From positions 1 through 45,520 of IMG/VR virus record IMGVR_UViG_3300037308_000023: DNA of 45,520 nt; one strand, given 5' to 3'. Origin of the DNA: a virus. Its lineage: Duplodnaviria > Caudoviricetes. Within the stretch, counting starts at the first letter, position 1. Every line of letters starts with the position of its first letter. The notes below the pieces were generated by a model, which worked only from the letters and a program-made list of their open reading frames with translations, made no database searches and had not been told where the DNA came from. This document shows positions 1-8,709 of this stretch, piece by piece. Made by a program: the position numbers and the translations under genes.

Positions 1-117
<117 letters not shown>

Positions 118-163
118 AATTAATAACATTAAAGAAATAGATTAAGATTAAGAGAAAGAGGAA

Positions 164-186
164 GAGAGTTAAATTATTTAATGAAC
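164..186. repeat. Dispersed 23-bp palindrome, copy 1
   Basis: GAGAG TTAAA TTA TTTAA TGAAC, upstream of the first RBS. Confidence 0.9.
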
Positions 187-208
187 TAGGGAGGAGGAGG
201 GAGGTAAG

Positions 209-1219
209 ATGAGTAAGTGGAGGATAGGAGTAGGAGGAAAGGAAGATAGTACGAGAGGGAAGGCTATGATGAGACCGAAGAATTTTAAGGGAGACGCACT
301 GATACAGGTATGGTATGAGAGGAGGAAGATAGCTAGTTTAGATAAATGGCTAGAGGATAATGGAAGAAGGAATAGATTTATGAGTGATGTGTTGAGGAGT
401 ATACTGGATATGGTTTATGAGAAGTTGTTGGAAGATGGGAAGGTTATAGAGTTTGAAGTGCAGCAGGCTAGTGATTATTTACAGAGTAAGTTTAGGATAG
501 ATCTTAATCCAGGAGATAAAGGAAAGAGGAATTTACTACATAATATGCAGTTGGAGGAGATTAGAAAGGAAAGTGAGCTAGGTTATAGAGAGTTTAAATC
601 TCAAACTATTGAGACAGCTGAGGATAAGTATGGTACAAGTGAGAAGCCTTTGAAGGAAGATATTGAATTAGCTAAGAAGATAGCTAGAGTGGTTGAGAGT
701 AGGAGTCAAGACTTTTCAAACATGGTAGATAATAGTCCTGCATTCGATTGCCGGGTAGTTAATAAAGATCTACCATGGGTTAGGCCAGATGGGAGTAAGG
801 ATATGAAGATATATGTAGAGTATGTGAAGAAGAAGAAAGCTGAATACGAGGAAAGTGTTAAGGCTGAGAGGATTAAGAATGAAATAGAGGAGAAAGAAAG
901 GAAGAAAAGGATTAAGCAAGAGATAAGAGATAGTAACGAGATAGAGAGGTTATTAGCTAAGAAAAGGTTAAGAGAGGCATTGGAAGACGCTAAGTTGAAG
1001 GTTAAATTAGATGCAATAAAGCGGAGTAGAGGAGGAAGTATAGATAGGAATGTAGAAGATGATGATGGTGGACAGGAGTGTATTGATAGTAATAGTAATA
1101 GTAACATGCTGAGAGCTAAGACAGATGAGGAAATAAATGCTGATTATGAGAGGATAAAAGAAAAGGATAGAATGCTAATGGAATCAGACTGGTGTGTGCA
1201 GAAGAAATTAGATGATTAA
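209..1219 (+). CDS. Hypothetical protein; possible N-terminal ribbon-helix-helix and charged coiled coil
   Basis: 336 aa ORF, strong GGAGG RBS; LIQVWYERRKIASLDKWLEDNG...MSDVLRSILD pattern; K/E/R-rich helical C-half. Confidence 0.7.
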   Translation: MSKWRIGVGGKEDSTRGKAMMRPKNFKGDALIQVWYERRKIASLDKWLEDNGRRNRFMSDVLRSILDMVYEKLLEDGKVIEFEVQQASDYLQSKFRIDLNPGDKGKRNLLHNMQLEEIRKESELGYREFKSQTIETAEDKYGTSEKPLKEDIELAKKIARVVESRSQDFSNMVDNSPAFDCRVVNKDLPWVRPDGSKDMKIYVEYVKKKKAEYEESVKAERIKNEIEEKERKKRIKQEIRDSNEIERLLAKKRLREALEDAKLKVKLDAIKRSRGGSIDRNVEDDDGGQECIDSNSNSNMLRAKTDEEINADYERIKEKDRMLMESDWCVQKKLDD

Positions 1220-1233
1220 ATAATTTAATTCAC
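1211..1233. repeat. Dispersed 23-bp palindrome, copy 2
   Basis: GATGA TTAAA TAA TTTAA TTCAC; contains the stop codon at 1217-1219. Confidence 0.9.
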
Positions 1234-1391
1234 TTTCACACTTAAGGTATTGAGGAAACTGTAAATGGGAGCGTAATTGCAAACTATCATCATTTGCTTA
1301 TTTACAATTGTTTTTAGATATGTTAGGATTGGGATAATGAAAGTATATTTTTAATAACTCAAAAAATGGTAAGTTGAGATAAGGAGGAACT

Positions 1392-1661
1392 ATGAATCTA
1401 CTTACAGATGGTAAAAGTGAATTATTAAAAGAAATACGTAAAAGAAAAAGTGCATTAGATGCACTCAGACAAGAGTATTATCGTTTAGAGAGTGAGTATA
1501 AAGATTTGAAGAAGCGCTATGAATTGATAGATCGAGAATGGGCTATGAGGACTAAGATTAGAGTGATTAATAGTGTTAAGAAATCTACTGTTACTAGTCA
1601 TCTAACACAAGAGCAGATAAATAATTTATTAAATGAGTTAGCAGACTTAATTAAAAAATAA
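1392..1661 (+). CDS. Hypothetical coiled-coil protein
   Basis: 89 aa ORF with AAGGAGG RBS. Confidence 0.75.
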   Translation: MNLLTDGKSELLKEIRKRKSALDALRQEYYRLESEYKDLKKRYELIDREWAMRTKIRVINSVKKSTVTSHLTQEQINNLLNELADLIKK

Positions 1662-1684
1662 GTTAATTAAATTTTTTAATCCAC
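1662..1684. repeat. Dispersed 23-bp palindrome, copy 3
   Basis: GTTAA TTAAA TTT TTTAA TCCAC; starts immediately after the stop ending at 1661. Confidence 0.9.
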
Positions 1685-1695
1685 TGGAGGACTTC

Positions 1696-1827
1696 ATGTG
1701 CTGTGATGAATGCTATTGCTGTTGTATAGATACTCTAATACCCTATAATGGTCTCTACCTATGTCCAACATGCTATAAGATGTTTAAAGAGATGGAGGAG
1801 GGAAACTATGATAATGAAGAAGAATGA
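1696..1827 (+). CDS. Small Cys-rich protein (43 aa), not in the ORF track
   Basis: GGAGG RBS; MCCDECYCCCIDTLIPYNGLYLCPTCYKMFKEMEEGNYDNEEE. Confidence 0.6.
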   Translation: MCCDECYCCCIDTLIPYNGLYLCPTCYKMFKEMEEGNYDNEEE

Positions 1828-1933
1828 AGAAGAGAAGAAGTCTGAGATAGACCTAGCTACTATATGCATCTGGGCCGCAATTTCATCTATAGCATGGTAT
1901 ATAACTATAAGTTGGATAATTTATATATTTTAG
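1808..1933 (+). CDS. Small membrane protein
   Basis: Start moved to ATG 1808 after GGAGGAGG; one hydrophobic C-terminal segment. Confidence 0.55.
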   Translation: MIMKKNEEEKKSEIDLATICIWAAISSIAWYITISWIIYIF

Positions 1934-1988
1934 AATCTAACCTATGAGGTCTAAGATCTATTACTTCTATATATCTAAGGAGATATCT

Positions 1989-2390
1989 ATGCAGACATTC
2001 CTACCATATCCAGAGCTGACCAGAAGCATCATATGTCTAGATAACAAACGTTTAGGTAAACAAAGGATAGAGGCTAAGCAGATCTATGATACTTTAACAG
2101 GAAAGTCCGATGGTTGGAAGAATCATCCAGCAGTCCGTATGTGGCGTGGCTATGAAAAATGCCTAGCTGTATATCATAATCTATGTATCAGTACCTGGAT
2201 CATCAAAGGTTACACTAACAACATGCCTTACATTGTCCTTGACAGTCCAAAAGTATCATTCCCTCCCTGGATTGGGTCTCCTGAGTTTCACTCCTCTCAT
2301 CGGAGCAACTTACTTCGCAAAGATCCAATCTTCTACAGACAGTATGAATGGACAGAGCCGGATAACCTACCCTATGTCTGGCCAGTCTAA
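1989..2390 (+). CDS. Pyrimidine dimer DNA glycosylase / endonuclease V-like (MSMEG_6728 family)
   Basis: MQTFLPY start, LDNKRLGKQRIEA, WKNHPAVRMWRG, HRSNLLRKDP, PYVWP; start at 1989 after AAGGAG. Confidence 0.88.
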   Translation: MQTFLPYPELTRSIICLDNKRLGKQRIEAKQIYDTLTGKSDGWKNHPAVRMWRGYEKCLAVYHNLCISTWIIKGYTNNMPYIVLDSPKVSFPPWIGSPEFHSSHRSNLLRKDPIFYRQYEWTEPDNLPYVWPV

Positions 2391-2437
2391 GAAAGGAGGT
2401 CTAACACACACTTATACAAACTGTACCAATTATTACA

Positions 2438-2466
2438 TTGACAACCTTACAGACTTACTGTATCGT
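2438..2466 (+). promoter_or_regulatory. Putative sigma70-type promoter
   Basis: TTGACA, 17-nt spacer, TATCGT upstream of the 2530 ORF. Confidence 0.6.
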
Positions 2467-2529
2467 CAACAAATGCTATAAAGGGATGGTCCCTATTATA
2501 GTAAAAAACAAATCTAATAGGAGGAAAGT

Positions 2530-2910
2530 ATGAAAAAGATTGAAGTATCAGCACTGGTTCCAGAGAGAAAGGATGCAGAAGGTAAAGTTATAAAGCAACT
2601 TGGTCCCGTCTCAGTTGAAGTGGAGTTCGGAGACACCGCGGCTGAGTCTATAGCCATGTTCGGAGACGATGCCGTTAATACTAATGCCTTCGCAAACTGG
2701 CGTGTAACTCTTCAGGCCAACATTCGTGGAGCTCTCAAGCGAGGAGAACCAATCAGCTCTATCCAATCTCGTCTTGCATCTGCAAAGATGGGGGTTGCTG
2801 TTCATACCGGCAAGATGGATGCTGAAGCTGCATTCAAGGCTAAGTTCCTCGCTGCAGATGCAGATACGCGGAAGAAGATGATCGCAGATCTCAGAGCACT
2901 AGCCCAGTAA
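2530..2910 (+). CDS. Hypothetical protein, stand-alone transcription unit
   Basis: 126 aa ORF, AGGAGG RBS, own promoter and downstream hairpin. Confidence 0.8.
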   Translation: MKKIEVSALVPERKDAEGKVIKQLGPVSVEVEFGDTAAESIAMFGDDAVNTNAFANWRVTLQANIRGALKRGEPISSIQSRLASAKMGVAVHTGKMDAEAAFKAKFLAADADTRKKMIADLRALAQ

Positions 2911-2920
2911 CAATAACTTA

Positions 2921-2956
2921 AAGCTCCGGAGACTGCAATATGTCTCCGGAGCATTT
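2921..2956 (+). terminator. Probable intrinsic terminator or processing hairpin
   Basis: 11-bp perfect stem GCTCCGGAGAC/GTCTCCGGAGC, short T tail. Confidence 0.7.
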
Positions 2957-2973
2957 AATAAGGAGAAAAAGCA

Positions 2974-3192
2974 ATGAAATTATCAGCTATATCATTATTC
3001 TTATCAGAGATAGAAGAAACCAATGGTATTGAGTTTAGAATAGTACAAGATAGTAATAAGATTTGGCCAATAAGTCTCTACATAGGTAATCAAATTTCTT
3101 TCTATCTATCCAAGCCCTCCTTACATCTGTTTATTGCTAAGCTTAATAAAGAATATACAAAATTTGTATCTATTGAGAAAGGACTTAATTAA
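2974..3192 (+). CDS. Hypothetical protein
   Basis: 72 aa ORF with AAGGAG RBS. Confidence 0.65.
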   Translation: MKLSAISLFLSEIEETNGIEFRIVQDSNKIWPISLYIGNQISFYLSKPSLHLFIAKLNKEYTKFVSIEKGLN

Positions 3193-3206
3193 ATAATTTA
3201 AATATC
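3184..3206. repeat. Dispersed 23-bp palindrome, copy 4
   Basis: CTTAA TTAAA TAA TTTAA ATATC; contains the stop at 3190-3192. Confidence 0.85.
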
Positions 3207-3224
3207 TAATAATAGGTAAAAGCT

Positions 3225-4085
3225 ATGTATGATAGCATCAATAGGTGGAAGAATATTATGAAGTGTGTTCCTTTCGAGGAACGCCGCCTAGCCAAGTGGA
3301 AACCTCCTTACATAGTCCAACCTAAGTATGATGGAATAAGATGTAGAGCTATCCCATCAGTAACACAGTTAGATAATAACTACATCCTACTCTCCAGTGA
3401 AGAAAACATACTATACTCAGTCCCTCACATAAATTCATCTCTATCAATATCAAGACTCCAAGCTGAATTTGATGGAGAGCTCTACATACACGGAGAGAAT
3501 TTTGAAACTATTGTCTCAATCACTAAACGTACTGTCAACCTTCATCCAGATTCTCACAGAGTAGAATTTCATATCTTTGACATAGTAAATGAACTTCCAC
3601 AGATGAGAAGAACTATACTATTGGAAAGTTTAAGAGATCTAAACTTACCATATATAAAGATCTCTCCATTCTGGCTTTGTGAGTCTCTAGACGAAATAAC
3701 TCGGGTATATGATAATATAGTTAGATTAGGCTATGAGGGAATAATAGTTCGCCATCTCGATGCACCTTACGAGCGAAAGCGATCTACCTGGATTATGAAG
3801 TTTAAACCTAAGAAAAGTGACTCTTACAAAATTATTGGCTATGTAGAAGAAATGTCTATTGAAGGTAATCCTAAGGGTCGTCTTGGCGCACTTATTTGTG
3901 AGAGTGGGAATGGCGATTCCTTCAATGTCGGAACTGGATTTACAGAAGATCAGCGTAAGCAACTATGGGATATCAAAGGTATGCTTCCTGGTATGTATTG
4001 TAAGATTAAATATCAGCACATTACTAGTGGACGCAAAGTTCCTCGATTTCCTGTCTATGTGCAACTATTGGAGGAGAAAGAGTAA
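3225..4085 (+). CDS. ATP-dependent DNA ligase
   Basis: Motifs QPKYDGIR, FDGELY, EFHIFD, YEGII, KFKP and OB-domain VGTGF...PRFP. Confidence 0.95.
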   Translation: MYDSINRWKNIMKCVPFEERRLAKWKPPYIVQPKYDGIRCRAIPSVTQLDNNYILLSSEENILYSVPHINSSLSISRLQAEFDGELYIHGENFETIVSITKRTVNLHPDSHRVEFHIFDIVNELPQMRRTILLESLRDLNLPYIKISPFWLCESLDEITRVYDNIVRLGYEGIIVRHLDAPYERKRSTWIMKFKPKKSDSYKIIGYVEEMSIEGNPKGRLGALICESGNGDSFNVGTGFTEDQRKQLWDIKGMLPGMYCKIKYQHITSGRKVPRFPVYVQLLEEKE

Positions 4086-4303
4086 TGAAAAGGACTATAA
4101 AGCAAGACTTTCAATTCCATCGTGAGTTTTGTATGAAGGGGAATATAACCCTTATACACAATGCGCTAAGCCTCCTATTACTAAATAACTACCTAAACGA
4201 AATTGAAAGTGAATTAATAAAGGGTGCTATTCGTAATCTGGAGGCCATTCTATTAGACTTTGCAGCAAGCACTAATAACATGAAAGAGGAATTTGGTATC
4301 TAG
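4085..4303 (+). CDS. Hypothetical protein
   Basis: 72 aa ORF, TAATG overlap with the ligase stop. Confidence 0.6.
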   Translation: MKRTIKQDFQFHREFCMKGNITLIHNALSLLLLNNYLNEIESELIKGAIRNLEAILLDFAASTNNMKEEFGI

Positions 4304-4310
4304 ACTAACA

Positions 4311-4333
4311 GTTAATTAAAAAATTTAACACAC
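4311..4333. repeat. Dispersed 23-bp palindrome, copy 5
   Basis: GTTAA TTAAA AAA TTTAA CACAC, intergenic. Confidence 0.9.
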
Positions 4334-4352
4334 TATAAAGGAGAAAAGACGA

Positions 4353-4709
4353 ATGAAAGATTATATTTTCTATGCAGCAGGAGTTAAGTACTACCAGCTT
4401 AGCAATGTTATTAATGAGATAGCTGAGGGACAATATCTTGAGATGGTAAAGGAGCCTGGGAATAAGTTCGATAAATATGCTATTGAATTAATCTACAATT
4501 CCAGTATCTTAAATGAGAAAGTAAAAATCGGCTATGTTCCAGCAAAGTTATCTGAGGAAATTACACACTTATTGGATGAATACCTTCTCGTATGTGAGGT
4601 TGAGAAAGTAGTTATAGATAATAGTTCCTATGGTCAGTTAAAGTTACGTGTATATGTAGAACCTGATTACAGAGATGATTACGAAGATGATGAATTAGAG
4701 GAGGATTGA
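4353..4709 (+). CDS. HIRAN domain protein
   Basis: AGVKYY...EPGNKFDKYAI...KIGYVP pattern. Confidence 0.85.
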   Translation: MKDYIFYAAGVKYYQLSNVINEIAEGQYLEMVKEPGNKFDKYAIELIYNSSILNEKVKIGYVPAKLSEEITHLLDEYLLVCEVEKVVIDNSSYGQLKLRVYVEPDYRDDYEDDELEED

Positions 4710-5089
4710 CAACTATGCCAAGACAATTCTTCTGTTCTGAGTGTGGTACTAACTTAGACCTAAAACGAAAAGCATTGAAGTATAAGGGAATCATAGTTGA
4801 TCTTATTGATCCTCACACCTGTAATAAGGATAACTTACCTAACATCACAGATCTAGAAAAGCCTAAATCTCCTATCATTAACCAATTTGAAGAGCAGACT
4901 AGAGCTGAGGAACATAGATTGAAATTATCTAGAATCAACCCTGCCTTTAGTGATCGCAGGTCTAAAGCAGATTTAAGATCTACGAAGTCTACAGCACCTC
5001 CTGGAGTAGTTAGTGCTCTTAGTAGAGTACCAACTGGGTCTCAAGAAAGTCAGACACGAGATATAGATTTCAGTGACGAGGAGGCTTAG
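4706..5089 (+). CDS. Hypothetical protein with N-terminal zinc-ribbon-like motif
   Basis: CSECG...HTC; TTG start overlapping the previous stop, GAGGAGG RBS. Confidence 0.6.
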   Translation: MTTMPRQFFCSECGTNLDLKRKALKYKGIIVDLIDPHTCNKDNLPNITDLEKPKSPIINQFEEQTRAEEHRLKLSRINPAFSDRRSKADLRSTKSTAPPGVVSALSRVPTGSQESQTRDIDFSDEEA

Positions 5090-5392
5090 ATGAGCAAGGT
5101 ATATATAGTAAACAAAAGTGGACATAACTTTAGTGATGCAGAGCGCTATGGACCAATAGTATTTGTTACAGAGGGTAAGCTAAATCGCTTTGCAGCTAAT
5201 GATATGTACAGACAGACTACTGAAGCGATGAAGACTTCATCTCCTAATGACTATATCGTTCCTTGCTCTTTAAATGTTCTTAATAGCATAGTCTGCGCTA
5301 CATTTGCTTACAAACATGGTAGACTAAATTTACTTCTATTCAAAGGAGGGAAATATATAGAGAGAAACATAGTCTTCAACCAAGACAATTAA
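5090..5392 (+). CDS. Hypothetical alpha/beta protein
   Basis: 100 aa ORF directly after the previous stop, GAGGAGG RBS. Confidence 0.7.
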   Translation: MSKVYIVNKSGHNFSDAERYGPIVFVTEGKLNRFAANDMYRQTTEAMKTSSPNDYIVPCSLNVLNSIVCATFAYKHGRLNLLLFKGGKYIERNIVFNQDN

Positions 5393-5406
5393 AAAATTTA
5401 ACACAC
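5384..5406. repeat. Dispersed 23-bp palindrome, copy 6
   Basis: GACAA TTAAA AAA TTTAA CACAC; contains the stop at 5390-5392. Confidence 0.9.
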
Positions 5407-5470
5407 TGGAGACACTACTCTGGCTAGATTCAGACCACCTCCTAGGTATGATAAAGTCTATTCTGAAGGA

Positions 5471-5737
5471 ATGAAGGTGCTTGATAGACTACCTGGAGAA
5501 AAACTTAAAAGAAGGAAAATGACAATGACTATCTCGGAACGTACTTTAAGAGAGTGGAGAAAACAGGCACTGATTGAGCATTCTAGCATTAATAGATCAG
5601 ATTATCTTGATCGAACATCTATCCGCCAAGAGTCCTGTGAGCGCATTCTTAGATTAACTCAAGAACTCCTAGACATCAAACTAATGAAAAACTATAACCT
5701 CCATCTAGAGGAGAAATCTAATGAAGATCGAACCTAA
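5471..5737 (+). CDS. Hypothetical protein (start may be 5519 or 5525)
   Basis: 88 aa ORF in the operon orientation. Confidence 0.55.
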   Translation: MKVLDRLPGEKLKRRKMTMTISERTLREWRKQALIEHSSINRSDYLDRTSIRQESCERILRLTQELLDIKLMKNYNLHLEEKSNEDRT

Positions 5738-6698
5738 GCCATCTTGGTCTATAGTTGATTCATCTAAATTAGATAGCTTTCAAAGATGTAAAAGATTGTT
5801 CTTTTATGAATATATACTTGGATGGAGATCTGAGGTACCTGCTCAAGATCTATGGTTTGGTGAGTGCTGGCACAAAGCTCGTGAATATCAACTAATTCAT
5901 GGATATGATAAGATTTATGAAGCTTTTGAGTTATTTGAATCCAACTATCGTGAGAAATTTAGTGAAGAAACAGATGAACTATATCGTCCAAAAGATCCTA
6001 TGGCTGCATTAATAGCTCTTGAAAAGTATGCTAGTGATAGGCACAAAGAGCTAGATAACAATCAAGTATTATTAACAGAAACTTCTGGTACGGTCCCTAT
6101 TAACTATCAAGGACGTAAACTTTACTATCGTATGGACTCAGTAGTATTGAGAAAAGAAGATGATCGTATCTTCTCCTGGGATCATAAATCTAAGAAGGGA
6201 GCTTTTACTAGACAATGGAGTGAGCAATTTCAACTATCTATCCAAAATGGTACTTACACACACTGTATGTACTGTATGTTTCCAATAGACCAAGTTTTAG
6301 GAGTTGAATTCTGTGGTACAGCTTTTGAGTATCTTCAACGTAAGTCAAAATTACGAGAAGCTGGATATCACATATCCTTCCTACGAGTTCCTGCATATAA
6401 GACACCTGATCAGATGAATAGCTGGCTATGGACTGTAAATGATCTATATAATGAACTTGAACGAGAGATGGATCGTCTTACTCACTGTAAAGATTCAGAC
6501 CCAGTAATGATGGCATTTAGTATGAATTCTAGCTCATGCACAGATTACTATGGATGTAAGTACCATGACTTTTGCATCTCCTGGCAGAACCCTATCCAAA
6601 GGTGTGATAGACCTCCACTAGGTTTTATCGAAGAACACTGGGATCCTAGAGATATTAAAACTACTAACAAAAAAGATCTAGAATGGAGTTCTAAGTGA
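5721..6698 (+). CDS. PD-(D/E)XK nuclease superfamily exonuclease (Cas4/AddB-like)
   Basis: DSSKLDSFQRCKR, RMD...WDHKS, Q..TY, and C-terminal C..YYGCKYHDFC cluster. Confidence 0.8.
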   Translation: MKIEPKPSWSIVDSSKLDSFQRCKRLFFYEYILGWRSEVPAQDLWFGECWHKAREYQLIHGYDKIYEAFELFESNYREKFSEETDELYRPKDPMAALIALEKYASDRHKELDNNQVLLTETSGTVPINYQGRKLYYRMDSVVLRKEDDRIFSWDHKSKKGAFTRQWSEQFQLSIQNGTYTHCMYCMFPIDQVLGVEFCGTAFEYLQRKSKLREAGYHISFLRVPAYKTPDQMNSWLWTVNDLYNELEREMDRLTHCKDSDPVMMAFSMNSSSCTDYYGCKYHDFCISWQNPIQRCDRPPLGFIEEHWDPRDIKTTNKKDLEWSSK

Positions 6699-6883
6699 AA
6701 TCAATATTGTCAGAAGCTTTATTAACAGCAGCTAGAGAGGATAAAGTAGTAGAACTTGACGATAAACTATTTGTAATATGCTACAAAGGAAAGGTCTACG
6801 GTACCTGGACTACCTATATAGGTGCAGAAGAGTACTTAAGTAATCTAAAGAATGATGAAATAGATAAGGACAATTCTATTTAA
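6695..6883 (+). CDS. Hypothetical protein
   Basis: 62 aa, GTGA overlap with the upstream stop. Confidence 0.55.
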   Translation: MKSILSEALLTAAREDKVVELDDKLFVICYKGKVYGTWTTYIGAEEYLSNLKNDEIDKDNSI

Positions 6884-6901
6884 CAAAGGAGGTAATCAAT
6901 A

Positions 6902-7720
6902 ATGGCCTATGACGCAAAGAAAGAACTTAAGAGAGTTCGCGAATACTATGCTTCCGATCCCTTGCAGAAAAGATTCTCCGCTCTTATCACTGGTGAGAGC
7001 GGAAGTGGAAAGACTTTTCTTCTATCCACTGCCAGATTCCCAATTCACATTGATAGCTTTGATGCAGGCGGGACGAAGTCTATTAGGAAGTGGATTGCAA
7101 GCGGAGATATTATTGCCGATACTCAGTGGGAACGAGAGGATCCTTATGATCCTAAAGTATTCGGAGAATGGATGAGGACTATTGATATTCGTCTTAGCTC
7201 CGGCTACTTTAATATGTTCGGCACTTATGCTCTTGACAGTGCCTCTAGCTGGGGTGATGCAGTGATGAACTATCAACTTAGCAAAGCAGAGCACGCTGGA
7301 GAAGCCCCTAAGTGGAATCGTGACTATACTCCACAAAAGACTTATATGATTAACTATATCAAGAAGCTTATGAATCTACCTTGTGATTTTATTCTCACTG
7401 GTCACCTCAAGACATTGGAAGAGATAATTGGCACTACTAAAGAAGGTAATGATATTAAGAAAATCTCATATCGTTTCTTTACTACTGGTCAAGCGATGGT
7501 TACTATCCCAATGCAGTTTGATGAACTATATGTCATCAGAGGTGAAGAAACATCATCTGGTGTAAATCGCCAACTTCTTATTGATTCTCAAGGTAAGTAT
7601 ATCGCTCGATCACGTCTCAAAGGTGATGGTCGCCTGTCTGATAAGGAAGATCCTAATATTAAGAAAATTCTTAAAAAGATAGGCCTTAATTGGGAAGATA
7701 AACCTAAATTGGAGCTCTAA
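6902..7720 (+). CDS. AAA_24-type P-loop ATPase (Sak4-like recombination protein)
   Basis: Walker A GESGSGKT, ALDS, ILTGH, IPMQFDELY, ARSR; lies between a nuclease and an SSB-like gene. Confidence 0.8.
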   Translation: MAYDAKKELKRVREYYASDPLQKRFSALITGESGSGKTFLLSTARFPIHIDSFDAGGTKSIRKWIASGDIIADTQWEREDPYDPKVFGEWMRTIDIRLSSGYFNMFGTYALDSASSWGDAVMNYQLSKAEHAGEAPKWNRDYTPQKTYMINYIKKLMNLPCDFILTGHLKTLEEIIGTTKEGNDIKKISYRFFTTGQAMVTIPMQFDELYVIRGEETSSGVNRQLLIDSQGKYIARSRLKGDGRLSDKEDPNIKKILKKIGLNWEDKPKLEL

Positions 7721-7721
7721 C

Positions 7722-7865
7722 ATGCTTGAATGTAATAATACTGGATGTCCATTTCATAGGTTAGAATTACCAATATGTAGATACGCAGAATGCCAGTTTA
7801 ATGACCAAGACAACATCGAGGAAGATAAGGAGGTGATAGAGAAAAATACAAACAAAGATGATTAA
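7722..7865 (+). CDS. Small Cys4 protein (47 aa), not in the ORF track
   Basis: GGAG RBS; MLECNNTGCPFHRLELPICRYAEC...; its stop lies inside palindrome copy 7. Confidence 0.5.
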   Translation: MLECNNTGCPFHRLELPICRYAECQFNDQDNIEEDKEVIEKNTNKDD

Positions 7866-7879
7866 ATTTTTTAACACTC
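7857..7879. repeat. Dispersed 23-bp palindrome, copy 7
   Basis: GATGA TTAAA TTT TTTAA CACTC. Confidence 0.9.
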
Positions 7880-7924
7880 TTATTTACCAGCTAACTACTA
7901 ACATCTAGAAAAGGAGTATCAGCC

Positions 7925-8341
7925 ATGACTATGTCAGATTACAGTGATTTTTCAAATGAGATCTCTAGCGCTCCTGAACCATCAATTCTTCGACCGAACA
8001 CTGAAGTCAAAGCCCGTATCGTATCTGTCCGTACTGGTACCAGCGATAAGAATGATTGTAACTGGTATCAACCAATCTTTGATGTTCCTGAAGATCCAAT
8101 GATCATGGAGTTCAATGACTTCTTCTGGGAACTGGATAGAGAGAAGCTAACTCCTAAGCAGTTTCAGCGGGAGTTGTATAAGTTCAAACAGTTTGCCACT
8201 GCATTTGAAATTGACTTCTCTCGTCCATTCTCCTGGACAGATGACCTTCCTGAAAAAGAAGGTTGGCTCATCGTTGGAGTAAAGAAATCTGACGAATATG
8301 GAGATCAGAATACGGTTAAGAAGTATGTCGCAAGACGCTAA
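7925..8341 (+). CDS. Putative single-stranded DNA-binding protein (DUF669-like)
   Basis: Size, beta-rich aromatic pattern, YGDQNTVKKY C-terminus, position after the AAA_24 ATPase. Confidence 0.6.
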   Translation: MTMSDYSDFSNEISSAPEPSILRPNTEVKARIVSVRTGTSDKNDCNWYQPIFDVPEDPMIMEFNDFFWELDREKLTPKQFQRELYKFKQFATAFEIDFSRPFSWTDDLPEKEGWLIVGVKKSDEYGDQNTVKKYVARR

Positions 8342-8390
8342 ATATTAAGTACTAAACCTAAGGTGGGATGCGCATACCTAACACGCATAA

Positions 8391-8413
8391 GTCAATTAAA
8401 AAATTTAATTCAC
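8391..8413. repeat. Dispersed 23-bp palindrome, copy 8
   Basis: GTCAA TTAAA AAA TTTAA TTCAC, followed by GGAGG RBS. Confidence 0.9.
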
Positions 8414-8424
8414 TTGGAGGTCTT

Positions 8425-8709
8425 ATGCCTGTCGATAGAGTTAAAGAATGGACTGACTTTAATAATAAAGTTATCCTCCATATTAAGAATTATGCTATTC
8501 CCCAATATAAAAATGAAGATGGTGATGACCAAATTCGAGGCTTTAGCTCTGCTGACTGCGTTCAGAATATGAAACGTTATCTAAATCGCTATCCTATCAA
8601 TGCAAGAGGTGAGATGGAAACTCTCCGAGACTTTATTAAACTTGCACACTATGCTCAACTTGCATATGATATATTTAGGAAAGAGCGAGACTTGTCAGAT
8701 TTCTATTAA
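8425..8709 (+). CDS. Hypothetical helical protein, weakly DUF3310 / nucleotide-modification-associated-like
   Basis: Start moved to ATG 8425 after GGAGG; RYLNRY...RDFIKLAHYA motif. Confidence 0.55.
   Translation: MPVDRVKEWTDFNNKVILHIKNYAIPQYKNEDGDDQIRGFSSADCVQNMKRYLNRYPINARGEMETLRDFIKLAHYAQLAYDIFRKERDLSDFY

Noticed and set aside
706-1107. Hydrophobic-looking minus-strand ORF, and similar antisense ORFs in the track (e.g. 7022-7336, 11719-12033, 16894-17265, 30376-30726)
   Set aside because: Shadow frames of well-supported genes on the opposite strand. The L/S/F richness mirrors the purine-rich sense strand.
5721-6698. Cas4-like nuclease as evidence of a CRISPR-Cas system
   Set aside because: No cas1/cas2 or array. 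The nuclease-ATPase-SSB context is a standard phage recombination module.
8368-8424. N-terminal extension of the 8368 ORF
   Set aside because: A better start exists at 8425 after GGAGG. The extension covers the pseudoknot candidate and palindrome 8.
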